From the IMG/VR virus record IMGVR_UViG_3300042691_055975: DNA of 64,000 nt, one strand, 5' to 3'. Below the pieces are notes generated by a model that was not told the origin of the DNA, did not search any database, and saw only the letters and a program-made list of their open reading frames with translations. Below are positions 27,656 through 37,784 of this stretch, piece after piece. Position numbers and translations under genes: made by a program. The stretch's first letter is position 1. Every line of letters starts with the position of its first letter. The DNA comes from an uncultured virus (IMG/VR IMGVR_UViG_3300042691_055975) (lineage: Duplodnaviria; Heunggongvirae; Uroviricota; Caudoviricetes).

Positions 27656-30600
27656 TGGCAACCGACCCGTACAAGTATCTCGACGCGATGCGGTCGCGCT
27701 CGAGCCAGTCAGCCGCGCCCGCCGATCCGTTCGAAGCCTCCCTCGCCGCGCAGCGCGACGATGAGCTCGCCTACAAGATCAAGGTCGCCCGTCCCGACGA
27801 GGCGGCGCGTGCCCGAGCTATAGCGGAGGCGCGCGGCGTGCCGGCCGCCGCCGTGGAGAGCAACCTCCCCGCCTTCGAGAAGGAGGCACAGGCCTCGCGA
27901 GCGCGGTCGGTGATTGGCCGTCACCCTGTGATCGGACGCTGGTCCGCCAACGCCAACAATGCCGCTATCGCCGCGGACGATTACACTGCGCTCGACCGGC
28001 TGGGCGAGGCATTCATGACCCGCGCCGCGCTCGACCGGCAGGATCTGGTACAGAACGGCGGTTTCCTTGATCGCATGGGCGACCTGTTCAAGTCCGGTCT
28101 CTACAGCCTCAGCCAAGGCGCCGCTTCCTTCCGCGGCGCGCTGCAGGAATGGTCGGCGAACAACCCCCTGCCGTGGACAAGCAAGCAATCGATCGAGCGC
28201 GATCGCGCCGGCGCTGCCATGTCGCGGGCGATGGCACGGACCTATGGCTATGTCGCCTCCGGTCCCGTCGCCGGCGAAACCGACTGGGAGACGGTGAAAC
28301 GCCGGCCGACCGTCGGCAACGTCCTCTCCTTCGGGCTGGATCAGGGGGTGAAGAGCATCCCGGGCATGGCGCAGGCGGCTCTCGCCACCCCGCTCTATGT
28401 GCTCGGCCAGGCCGGGAGCATCGGCCAGACACGCGCGCAGGTGCAAGGCCGCGAGGATGCAACCGCGCAGGATGTTGCCGACGCGACGCCTGCTGCCATT
28501 CTAAGCGCGGCGCTCGAGCGCGTGGGCATCCACGGGATATTTGCCGCCGGCGGGCGCACCGCCATCGGCCGCGTCGCCAGTGCGTCCGCGACGGAGGCGA
28601 CGACGGAGTTTGCACAGAGCATCGTCGAATATATCGGCGGCCATTCCCAGACCGGCACGAAGTTCGACGTCGACGAGATGTTCGACCAGGCGCTCGCCGG
28701 GGCGGTGGCGGGCGGTCTGATGGGCGGGGGGCTGCGCGGGTCCGGCGAGGTGGCTGGGCCTGCAGCGCGGCCGATCCGCTCGCTGGTGTCGCGCATCGCC
28801 AGCGCTAACCGCGCCATGCACAATGGTCGGTTCATGGACGACATGGCCGCGGCGATCTCGGAATCGAAGACGGCGCAGCGCTCGCCCGATGCCGTCGCCG
28901 ACCTCGTCCAGCAGCTGGGGCAAGCCAGCGGCGTCGAGGATGTGTTCATCCCCGGCGAGGTCGTTCAGTCCTACATGCAATCAGAGCATTATGCCGGCGA
29001 CTTCGATCGCTGGCAGACGCAGGTCGACGAGGCGGTCGCGACCGGCGGCGATCTCGTCCTTCCGGTAGGCGAGCTCAGCCGGTTGGCGAATACGCCCGTC
29101 TGGGACAGCCTGAAAGACGATATCCGCCTGTCTGCCGGCGGCATGTCGATGCGCGAGGCCCAGACGTTCGATGAGGCGATGGCCGACGTGATGGCCGAGC
29201 TATCCGAGCAGGCGGCGCAGGAAGCGGAGCAGGCCCGGGCGGAAGCCGCGCCGCGCGACCGGCTGTTCCAGTCCGTTACCGACAAGCTGATGAACGCGGG
29301 CTTCACACCGACCATGGCCCGCCACAATGCCGAGCTGCTCACCCAGCGCGCCGCGACGCGCGCCGCGCGCATGGGTCGGGGACTCGTCGGCGACGAGTAT
29401 GACGGGCTGCAGGTGCGTCAGGTGCTGCCCGAGCGCATCGCCGCGGCGCAGAAGGCCGACCAGCTCGACGTCACGATCGGCGTCATGAAGGGGCAAAAGG
29501 ACGCCACCCAGAAGCGTGGCGCGTCGCTGATGGACTTCATCGCCAAGGGTGGCGGCATGGTCGATACCGGCGGCGACTTGAAGGCCATGGGTGCGGATAC
29601 CTGGCACCGCGGGAAGCCCGGCACGCGCCGTTTCATCCGCGACCAGGGCGAGCTGCTCGAGGATGGCGGGTTCGGCGAGAATGAATATGGTGCCGACGCC
29701 TGGGCAATGCGCGCCTGGGAGGCGGGCTATTTCCCCGAGTTCAGTGAGCGGCCAACGGCGAACGATCTGCTCGATGCGATCGCGGAGGGCGTGTCCGGCC
29801 GCGATCGATTCCTCGTAGCTCGCGAGACCTCGCTCCGCGATGCCGCGAACGACTTGCGCGCCCTGCTGGAAAATCGCGGGATCGATCCCGACACCGCGTC
29901 ACGCCAGGAGATCCGCAAGGCGGTCGAGGCCTATGCCGCCGACATGGCGGACATACCGGAGGGCCGCACCCTCCATCAGGACGGTAAGGCCGACCAGCCG
30001 CGCGGCCGCATCAGCTTCCCAGGCGGCAAGAGCGCCAATGCCATCATCGACCTGTTTCAGGGGCAGGATCAGTCGACCTTCCTGCACGAGACCGGGCATC
30101 TTTGGCTGGAGGAACTTCGGGAAGATGCGGAAAGTAGCGACTATATCCGGCTGTACCGCGGCGAAGGCAGCCTGGAGGCCCCGCGGCAAGGTTATAGCAA
30201 AGATGGGATGCTCAACTTCACGACGGATGCCAGCTTGGCTGGGCAGTATGCCGGGCGCAACGTGGGCGGAGAAGTACTCTACATAGACCTGCCCCGCGTC
30301 GAGGCGGAGAAGTATCTCGAAGGCCATCTGGCATCTCTGCCGGAATCGGTCGGGCGCGCTGCAAAGCAGTTCACAAATCTTCAAGCGCTTCGCCAGGAAC
30401 GAATGGCAGAGGGCTACGCGCTCACGCCTACCGACATCACCAAACACATCGATGAGATGGTCCAGTCTCTGCCGAGTCAATCGCCGCAGCAATTGCGTGA
30501 CGACTGGCAGATCGTGCAGGACTGGTTCGCAGCGAACGGCCATCCCATTGTTGACGGGAAAATCCCCGTCGATGCCCACGAGCTTTGGGCCCGCGGCGTC

Positions 30601-33600
30601 GAGCGCTACCTGATGGAGGGCAAGGCCCCTTCCCTCGGCCTGCGCCGGCTGTTCCAGACCTTCAAGGCGTGGCTCATCGGCCTCTACAACAGCGTCTCCG
30701 CCTTGCGCTCTCCGATCAGCGAGGACGTGCGCGGAGTACTCGATCGCCTGGTCGCTTCGGACGAGGAGCTCGCGGACGCGGTCGCCGCCCAGCATCTCGA
30801 GGCCATGTTCCCGGACAAGCCGGAGAATATGACGGTGGACGAATATACCGCCTACCGTCGGCTCGCTTCCGACGCCCGCGGCCAGGCGCAGGACCGGATG
30901 CTCGCGGCGGCGATGCGTGCGATCCGCGCTCGGGTCTCGCGGGAGGCGCGTGAACGCGAGGCGATCGTGCGGGCGGAAGTAACGGAGGATATCGACGCCC
31001 GGCCGGAGTTCCGCGCCCTGCGTCAGCTGCGCGAGACGCCGCTCGACAGCGACTGGGTGCGCGAGCATTTCGGCGAGGACGCGCCGGCGCAGCTACCCAA
31101 GCAGGTGCCCCCGATCCACAAGCCGGGCGGCGGCAATGTCGACGAGATCGCGGAGATGTCAGGCTTCGCCTCCGGCGAGGAGATGGTGCGGGCGCTCATC
31201 GGGCTCGAGATCCGGCGCCTGGAGCTGCGCGACCGCGGCGACAAACGTTCGGTCCGCAAGGCGCTGATCGATCAGGACGTCCGCCAGATCATGATGGATC
31301 GCTATGGCGACCCGTTCAACGATGGCTCGATCGAAGAGGAGGCGATGGCCGCCGTCCATAGCGACGCTCAAGGCGAAGTGCTGGCGGCGGAGCTGCGCGT
31401 GCTCGGCCGGTCGAGCGGCGACAGCCCGACGCCCTATAGCCTTGCGAAGAACTGGGCCTATCGCCAGGTCTATGACAGCCGCGTCTCCGACTCTGTGTCG
31501 CGTTCCGCCATCCGCCGCTATGAGCGCGCCGCGGCCAAGGCAGGCAAGGCGGCGCTCGACGCTGTCGTCGCCGGCGACAATGCCGAGGCGTTCCGCCAGA
31601 AGCGGTCGCAGCTGCTCAACAACGCGCTCGTCGCCGAAGCCCGCAAGGCCGCTAACCAGATCGACGAGGCCGTCGCCCGGCTCGAGAAATGGGCGAAGCG
31701 CAGGACGGTGAAGAGCGTCGACCAGGATTATCTCGAGCGCGCGCAGCTGCTGCTCGAGCAGGTCGAGATGAAGGAACGGTCGCAGCGCTCGATCAAGCGG
31801 CAGGAGAGTTTCGAGGCCTGGGCGGCGCAGCGCCAGGCAGAGGGCTATGACGTCGTCGTGCCGCCTTCCTTCGCCGAATCCATCGGCCGGACGCACTGGA
31901 CGCGCCTGACGGTCGGGCAGCTGCTGGCGCTCAACGATGCCGTCGCGCAGATCATCCATCTCGGCCGGCACAAGCAGTCGCTGCTCGACGGTCAGGAGGA
32001 ACGCGAATTCGAGGCGGTCGTGCATGAGGCACTCGCCGGCACGGATGGCATGAAGCGCCGGCCGCCATCGGACCTGATGGAGCCTTCGCGCTGGGACGCG
32101 ATCAAGGGCAAGGTCGAGGCGTTCGACGCCAGCCTGCTCAAAATGGAGACCGTGTTCGACTGGCTCGACGGCGGGCGCAGCGATGGCGTCTTCAACCGCA
32201 TCGTGTTTCGTCCGCTCGCCGATGCGCAGGCGCGCGAGGCCGACATGCTGCAGGACTATTATGCGCGGATTCGGGCGGAGTTCGGCAAGATCGATCCTAA
32301 ACAGCTGCGCCGATGGTCGGAGCGCTTCGTAGCGGACGAGCTCATCAACCGCGAGACCGGTAGGCCCTACCAGATGAAGCGCGAACAGCTGATCGCGATC
32401 GCGCTCAACATGGGCAACGAGGGCAATGTCCAGCGCCTGACCGACGGCTATGGCTGGCGCGAGACCTCGGTGCGCGCTGTGCTGGACCGCGAGATGACGG
32501 CGGCCGACTGGCAGTTCGTCCAGAATATCTGGGACATCATCGACACGCTCTGGCCTGAGATTGCGGCGATGGAGCGGCGCGTCAATGGCGTCGAACCGGA
32601 CAAGGTCGAGGCCCGGCCGGTCGAGACGCCGCACGGCACTTACCGCGGCGGCTATTATCCCGCGATCTATGACAGCTCGAAGAGCTACGCGGCCGAACAG
32701 CATGCGGGGCAGAGTACCGATCTTCTCGACGCCATCTACACGCGCGCGAGCACGCGCGCCTCGTCCACGCGAGAGCGCAGCGAAAAGGTGAAGCGGCCGA
32801 TCCTGCTGCAGCTCGGCGTCATCAACCGTCACCTGGGCGAAGTGATCCACGATCTGACGCACCGCGAGGCGGTCATGCAGGCGGACAAGTTCCTGCAGAC
32901 CGAGCGGATCATGCGCGCGGTCGACGAGACCATGGGGCCGGAGATCCGCAAGCAGTTCCGACCCTGGCTCAAATATATCGCGAACAGCTGGGCGATGGAG
33001 CGCGCCGGCAATGAAGGCGTGGGCGCGTTCATGCAGAAGCTGCGCTCGAACACCACCGTCGTCGGCATGGGCTTCCGCTTCACGACGATGCTGACCCAGC
33101 TCGCGGGCTATTCCAACAGCTTCGAATATGTCGGCGCGAAGTGGGTGTCGGGCGGGATCGCGCAGGCGGCGGCGCACCCGATCGACACGTTCAACTTCGT
33201 CATGGAAAAGTCCGACGAGATCCGCAACCGCATGGACACGCTGGACCGCGATATCCGCCTGACGCTCACCGAGATGCAGGGGCGCAAGCAGCTGCTCACC
33301 GCGGCCAAGCGGTTCGCCTTCCACGGCATCGGCTATATGGATCGCATGGTGGTCGTGCCGAATTGGATCGGAGCTTACAACAAGGCGCAGGCGGCCGGCA
33401 TGGACGAGCAGGCAGCGATCTATGCCGCCGACAAGGCCGTGCGCCTGTCGCAGGGGGCGGGCGCACCCAAGGATCTGGCGGCGATCGCACGCGGCACGGG
33501 CAAATGGGGCGAGGCGCTCAAGCTGATGACGATGTTCTACAGCTATATGAGCGCCTTCTATCAGCGTGAGCGGACGCTCGGCCGGGACATCATGGCCGCG

Positions 33601-34086
33601 CGCAAGGTGGGCGACCTGCCGGCGCTGCTGGCGCGAGCGTGGTGGCTGATCGTCGTCCCGCCTCTCCTCTCCCAGATCCTCGCCGGCCGCGGCCCGGAGG
33701 AGGACGAGGATTGGGGGGCATGGAGCTTCAAGCAGATGCTGTTCCAGATGCTGGGCCCAATCCCCGGCCTGCGGGATCTGGCGCCGCCGGTGTGGCAGGC
33801 GCTCGCGGGGGAGCGGCCGTTCGACTATCAGTTCACGCCCATGCAGCGCGCCTTTCAGGCCGTGGTCGACACGGCTGAGGACGCCCGCAAGATCATTGAT
33901 GGCGAGGATGCGAGGCGGCCGGTGCGCAATGCGCTGGAAGCGGCGGGTTACTGGACCGGACTCGTGCCCGGCCAAGTCGCCACCTCCGCGCAGTTCCTCG
34001 TCGACGTCGGCAATGGCGAGCAGGATCCGGAGACGTTCAGCCAATGGTATGAAGGGCTAACGAAGGGCAAGATCGAGGATGAGTAA
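27655..34086 (+). CDS. Large internal virion/polyvalent protein (gp16 position)
   Basis: 2143 aa; STFLHETGH, HELWARGVERYLMEGKAPS, GGYYP. Confidence 0.85.
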   Translation: MATDPYKYLDAMRSRSSQSAAPADPFEASLAAQRDDELAYKIKVARPDEAARARAIAEARGVPAAAVESNLPAFEKEAQASRARSVIGRHPVIGRWSANANNAAIAADDYTALDRLGEAFMTRAALDRQDLVQNGGFLDRMGDLFKSGLYSLSQGAASFRGALQEWSANNPLPWTSKQSIERDRAGAAMSRAMARTYGYVASGPVAGETDWETVKRRPTVGNVLSFGLDQGVKSIPGMAQAALATPLYVLGQAGSIGQTRAQVQGREDATAQDVADATPAAILSAALERVGIHGIFAAGGRTAIGRVASASATEATTEFAQSIVEYIGGHSQTGTKFDVDEMFDQALAGAVAGGLMGGGLRGSGEVAGPAARPIRSLVSRIASANRAMHNGRFMDDMAAAISESKTAQRSPDAVADLVQQLGQASGVEDVFIPGEVVQSYMQSEHYAGDFDRWQTQVDEAVATGGDLVLPVGELSRLANTPVWDSLKDDIRLSAGGMSMREAQTFDEAMADVMAELSEQAAQEAEQARAEAAPRDRLFQSVTDKLMNAGFTPTMARHNAELLTQRAATRAARMGRGLVGDEYDGLQVRQVLPERIAAAQKADQLDVTIGVMKGQKDATQKRGASLMDFIAKGGGMVDTGGDLKAMGADTWHRGKPGTRRFIRDQGELLEDGGFGENEYGADAWAMRAWEAGYFPEFSERPTANDLLDAIAEGVSGRDRFLVARETSLRDAANDLRALLENRGIDPDTASRQEIRKAVEAYAADMADIPEGRTLHQDGKADQPRGRISFPGGKSANAIIDLFQGQDQSTFLHETGHLWLEELREDAESSDYIRLYRGEGSLEAPRQGYSKDGMLNFTTDASLAGQYAGRNVGGEVLYIDLPRVEAEKYLEGHLASLPESVGRAAKQFTNLQALRQERMAEGYALTPTDITKHIDEMVQSLPSQSPQQLRDDWQIVQDWFAANGHPIVDGKIPVDAHELWARGVERYLMEGKAPSLGLRRLFQTFKAWLIGLYNSVSALRSPISEDVRGVLDRLVASDEELADAVAAQHLEAMFPDKPENMTVDEYTAYRRLASDARGQAQDRMLAAAMRAIRARVSREAREREAIVRAEVTEDIDARPEFRALRQLRETPLDSDWVREHFGEDAPAQLPKQVPPIHKPGGGNVDEIAEMSGFASGEEMVRALIGLEIRRLELRDRGDKRSVRKALIDQDVRQIMMDRYGDPFNDGSIEEEAMAAVHSDAQGEVLAAELRVLGRSSGDSPTPYSLAKNWAYRQVYDSRVSDSVSRSAIRRYERAAAKAGKAALDAVVAGDNAEAFRQKRSQLLNNALVAEARKAANQIDEAVARLEKWAKRRTVKSVDQDYLERAQLLLEQVEMKERSQRSIKRQESFEAWAAQRQAEGYDVVVPPSFAESIGRTHWTRLTVGQLLALNDAVAQIIHLGRHKQSLLDGQEEREFEAVVHEALAGTDGMKRRPPSDLMEPSRWDAIKGKVEAFDASLLKMETVFDWLDGGRSDGVFNRIVFRPLADAQAREADMLQDYYARIRAEFGKIDPKQLRRWSERFVADELINRETGRPYQMKREQLIAIALNMGNEGNVQRLTDGYGWRETSVRAVLDREMTAADWQFVQNIWDIIDTLWPEIAAMERRVNGVEPDKVEARPVETPHGTYRGGYYPAIYDSSKSYAAEQHAGQSTDLLDAIYTRASTRASSTRERSEKVKRPILLQLGVINRHLGEVIHDLTHREAVMQADKFLQTERIMRAVDETMGPEIRKQFRPWLKYIANSWAMERAGNEGVGAFMQKLRSNTTVVGMGFRFTTMLTQLAGYSNSFEYVGAKWVSGGIAQAAAHPIDTFNFVMEKSDEIRNRMDTLDRDIRLTLTEMQGRKQLLTAAKRFAFHGIGYMDRMVVVPNWIGAYNKAQAAGMDEQAAIYAADKAVRLSQGAGAPKDLAAIARGTGKWGEALKLMTMFYSYMSAFYQRERTLGRDIMAARKVGDLPALLARAWWLIVVPPLLSQILAGRGPEEDEDWGAWSFKQMLFQMLGPIPGLRDLAPPVWQALAGERPFDYQFTPMQRAFQAVVDTAEDARKIIDGEDARRPVRNALEAAGYWTGLVPGQVATSAQFLVDVGNGEQDPETFSQWYEGLTKGKIEDE

Positions 34087-34089
34087 TCT

Positions 34090-34413
34090 TCAGTCCGGAA
34101 GGGTCAGTCCGAGAGCGCGCTCAATCTCCGGCCGGGAGTGTGTGCCAGACCGCTCAATACCTTTGGCGACGATCAGAAGCAGCACGGCATCAGGCGCGTA
34201 TCTCAGCGCAGCGACGTTGCTCCTGGCACCATCGCTGAATGGCACATAAAATGCTGTGATACGATCGTGTAAAGGTACGTCCTCTCTGAACCTCAGGCTC
34301 TCACAGAAGTAAATCCATTTTTCAGCTGCGACTTTGATTGCTTTGGGCATAGCTTCAATAGCCGCATCGGCCTTTGACTTACGTCTGAAAAAGGACACTT
34401 TGCCTCCAGCCAA
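34090..34413 (-). CDS. Counter-oriented hypothetical protein (moron)
   Basis: Low GC; converges on the gp16-like gene. Confidence 0.55.
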   Translation of the reverse strand: MAGGKVSFFRRKSKADAAIEAMPKAIKVAAEKWIYFCESLRFREDVPLHDRITAFYVPFSDGARSNVAALRYAPDAVLLLIVAKGIERSGTHSRPEIERALGLTLPD

Positions 34414-34524
34414 AATGGGCGAGCCACGCGATATACGCTCTTATGCTTGATAGTTCGTTCCCCGTCGATTCAAGATAGCGCCGAGCGCCTCTAACCCTCT
34501 GCCATCCGCTCCGGAGGCAGGCGC

Positions 34525-35436
34525 ATGGCAGTTTCCACGACCGATACCTATTCCGGGCCCTACGAGGCCAACGGGGCGACGGTCGAATTTCCCTTCACGT
34601 TCAAGGCGGTGTCGGCCGACGACGTCGCGGTGATCATCCGCACGGCGGACGGCGAGGAATCCTTCGCGCCGACCAGCGATTATTCCGTCTCGCTGGATGT
34701 CGTCGGCGGAAGCGCCATATTCTCGACGCCGCCCGACGATGTGCAGATCTATGTCGTGTCGGAGCCCTCGTTTCTTCAGCAAATCGAGTTCGCCAGCGGA
34801 CAGCCATTCTCGCCTTCGGTCGTGAATGACGTCAACGATCTCGATGTCGTCCGCGCCCTTTACCTCAAGCGCGAAATGGCAAGGACGCCGCGCCTGCCGC
34901 TGGGCGGCGGCGTCACCGGCAAATATCCCTACGTCAAAGAGGATGGCACCTTCGGGTGGACGGATGGGCCCGGCCTGGGTGATCCGCTCGGCGATTTCGT
35001 CACCCCCGAGATCCCCAACGGTTCCAGCGCCAAGGAAGCCCTGGAGGCGCTGGGCGCTGCTCTTGGCAGCAAGCCGACGTCGCGCGCGGTGGTCGTGGCG
35101 AGCGAGGGAATCGGCGCCGGGGACTTCGTCAATATCTACGGCGCTGCCGGGGAATCCCGCGTGCGTAAAGCGTGGGCAGGTGATCCCGCCAGGTTCGCAA
35201 ACGGCTTTGCGCCCTCGGCGATTGCTAACGGTCAGGCTGGCGCGATCTTCTTTGCAGGGTTGAACTCGAGCGTCGCGGTGCCCGATGACGCATCGGAGGC
35301 GTGGCTTTCAGACGTGTCTCCGGGTTCGTTCATGACCATTCCGCCGGCGTCTGGGGGTTCGATCGTCCAATCGCTTGGACCAGCGATAGCTGGCTTGGGC
35401 ATTTTCTTCACATTCCGCGAAAGGGTGCTCCTGTGA
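34525..35436 (+). CDS. Tail fibre anchor/adaptor protein
   Basis: T7 gp17-type N-terminus (GPY.ANGATVEFPFTF); C-terminal AGDFVNIY..VRKA..ANGF module. Confidence 0.75.
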   Translation: MAVSTTDTYSGPYEANGATVEFPFTFKAVSADDVAVIIRTADGEESFAPTSDYSVSLDVVGGSAIFSTPPDDVQIYVVSEPSFLQQIEFASGQPFSPSVVNDVNDLDVVRALYLKREMARTPRLPLGGGVTGKYPYVKEDGTFGWTDGPGLGDPLGDFVTPEIPNGSSAKEALEALGAALGSKPTSRAVVVASEGIGAGDFVNIYGAAGESRVRKAWAGDPARFANGFAPSAIANGQAGAIFFAGLNSSVAVPDDASEAWLSDVSPGSFMTIPPASGGSIVQSLGPAIAGLGIFFTFRERVLL

Positions 35437-37769
35437 TCCGCCGCCTCTTTTTGACCCTCGCCGCTCTTTCGCTGGCGGCTTCTCCTATCGTCGCCCAGCA
35501 AAAACCGCTGGTGACGATGGGCGGGCAGACGCGCCAGCTGCCCAGCGGAACGACGCTGGGCACGCAGCCGTCCACAAGCGCGGCGGCCAGCATCAACATC
35601 CCGGTAGGGGTCGAGCCTGCCGCTCCCGCCAATGGCGATATCTGGGTGACGAATTCGGGACTGCGCACCCGGATCGGGAACGTCACGCAAGGCATCGCCA
35701 CCCTTGGGGCAGGTAACACATGGCAGGGAACAGGGCTTTTCTTCTCGCAGAACAACTCCCGCATCCAGCGCATGGGGGACCGGCTGTTCATAGCGGACGC
35801 GGTGGCCAATGATGGGGCCTTCCCCAACGTCTCCAAGGACTGGCTCTCCACGCTTCAGACCCAATGGGGCCAGACGATTGGGTACACCGTGGGCGGAACC
35901 CTCAATGTGCTCAATACAGGGGTGGACGGCTCGGCATATGCCATCGTCGGCGGCGCGCAGTCGAAGAACTTCACGGCGCACAGCGCGGCTATCGGGACGC
36001 AGGGATTTGGCATCGCCAACAACGCAAACGGTTCGGATGCCTGGGGCCTGTATGCGGAAGGGCACCGCGTCCTGGCGGGAGCGGGGAGCGCCTATGCGAT
36101 GGAACTGGACGCGGTGGCGCACGTGCCGTCCCAAGCGGCCACTCCCAACCAGCAGGGCAATGTCATTGGCGCGCAGATTGCCTGCGGTGGCGACTATCAG
36201 GCAATTACGCAGAACGCCTGTTCTACAGCTATCCAGGTCGCGCAGAATGGATCAACCTTCGGCTCAGCGCTCAATGTCCTGCGCGGGTCCATCACCGGCA
36301 CCAACCCGGCCATCCAGCTGCCCACGGGCAATGGCATATCGTTTGCAGACGCTGCGGGCCACCAAAGCGGTAACATCACCGCAGACTTCACCACGAGTTC
36401 GTCGCAGATCAACTTCACCGACATAGGCCTGCAAATCGCGGGGTCGGATGCGTCCCCCACCGCCTACTTCAGCAAGACCCCCGGCTCCACGAACTGGCTG
36501 ACCTTCACGGGGACCAGCACGGGAAGCGCTAACATCGCGGCGGACGGGGCGGGCTCCAACACCAGCCTCCAGCTCTCGGCCAAGGGGAGCGGCACCATCA
36601 ATGGCCTCAACGGGGTTGCCCTGTTCACGCCGCCCTCTGTGGACCTCACCTATGGGGCGACCTCTCCGGGGGACACCATTCGCCTGGGCACGGGGAACAA
36701 GGTCTCCTACTGTCCCGAACTGTCCTGCGTCCCGATGACGACGGGCAATGTGGTGCACCACGTGACGAGCGGCCTCCTTTCGGCGGTCACGGCCTTTGAC
36801 GGGCAGGCGCAGGAAGACACGCTGGCCGTCCACACGAAAATCGACAAGGGCTACAACCGCCCCCTGGCGCGCTCCACCGCTTACACGGCGGGCGAGAATG
36901 CCAGGATCGGCAACGCGGTCTATCGCGCTACCACAAGCGGCACTACCGCATCCGGTTCGCCACCGCCCTCCACGCGGCCTGTCTCCTTCCCCTACAGCTA
37001 TGTCGATGGCGGGGTGACATGGCTCTGGATCAACGATTTCTTCGCCACGGCGAAAGTCGGGATCTACAATGAGGCGGTGGTCAGTCCCGGCGCGGGAGCA
37101 TCCTGGGCGCAGGCCAATAACTATCAGATGATGGCGGGCGTCACCCCGACCGATCACATCAATACCGAACTCGACTTTACGAACAACTCGGGCACCGATT
37201 GCGCGGTCGGAACGACCAACTGCAACGGCCTCCTGATCGTCATGGGGGGCACGAACAGCAGCACGTCCGCCATCAACGTGAATGGCGGCAATGGCGTGCT
37301 GCCCGGATCGGGCACGGCCAACTGGGGCTTGCGGCTCAACGGCACATGGCTTCAGGACAGCCTGGCGATCGACAGCAGCGCCCAGCGCGGGATCGTCTTC
37401 GGCGGCCTTCTGGCGGCCAACTTCTCCGTCGCGACCATTGATGACCACGCGACGGCGCCGGCCTCCTACATCGCAGGGGGCGCCAATAGCGTGGCTGCCA
37501 TGCTGCTGAATGGAACCGGCCCGGCGGCGATCTCGATGAGCGGCTCCTATACCGATCAGATCGTGGGGAACGGCTTCTCCGTGTCCGGGAACGGCAACAC
37601 GGTGGTGAACAGCCTTAGCGTCAATGGCAATCTGATCGTGCCGAACCCGATCGTTCCGGCCTCCTCCTCGTCCGCCTGCGCCAAGGGGCAGATCAGCTAC
37701 GACACCAACTATTTCTACGTCTGCGTCGCAACGAACAGCTGGAAGCGCACCGCGCTCTCCAGCTGGTGA
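35433..37769 (+). CDS. Tail fibre/receptor-binding protein with N-terminal signal peptide
   Basis: GTGA-coupled; MIRRLFLTLAALSLAASPIVA-QQ; Gly/Ser/Thr/Asn-rich; ends in the fibre-type motif GQISYDTNYFYVCVATNSWKRTALSSW. Confidence 0.8.
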   Translation: MIRRLFLTLAALSLAASPIVAQQKPLVTMGGQTRQLPSGTTLGTQPSTSAAASINIPVGVEPAAPANGDIWVTNSGLRTRIGNVTQGIATLGAGNTWQGTGLFFSQNNSRIQRMGDRLFIADAVANDGAFPNVSKDWLSTLQTQWGQTIGYTVGGTLNVLNTGVDGSAYAIVGGAQSKNFTAHSAAIGTQGFGIANNANGSDAWGLYAEGHRVLAGAGSAYAMELDAVAHVPSQAATPNQQGNVIGAQIACGGDYQAITQNACSTAIQVAQNGSTFGSALNVLRGSITGTNPAIQLPTGNGISFADAAGHQSGNITADFTTSSSQINFTDIGLQIAGSDASPTAYFSKTPGSTNWLTFTGTSTGSANIAADGAGSNTSLQLSAKGSGTINGLNGVALFTPPSVDLTYGATSPGDTIRLGTGNKVSYCPELSCVPMTTGNVVHHVTSGLLSAVTAFDGQAQEDTLAVHTKIDKGYNRPLARSTAYTAGENARIGNAVYRATTSGTTASGSPPPSTRPVSFPYSYVDGGVTWLWINDFFATAKVGIYNEAVVSPGAGASWAQANNYQMMAGVTPTDHINTELDFTNNSGTDCAVGTTNCNGLLIVMGGTNSSTSAINVNGGNGVLPGSGTANWGLRLNGTWLQDSLAIDSSAQRGIVFGGLLAANFSVATIDDHATAPASYIAGGANSVAAMLLNGTGPAAISMSGSYTDQIVGNGFSVSGNGNTVVNSLSVNGNLIVPNPIVPASSSSACAKGQISYDTNYFYVCVATNSWKRTALSSW

Positions 37770-37784
37770 TGAGCGAGGCATCTC

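Noticed and set aside
31159..34044. 961-aa minus-strand ORF, and similar long antisense ORFs (16094-16963, 26255-27661, 36264-38060, 51037-52380)
   Set aside because: Shadow frames opposite well-supported genes, expected in high-GC DNA; no recognisable motifs.
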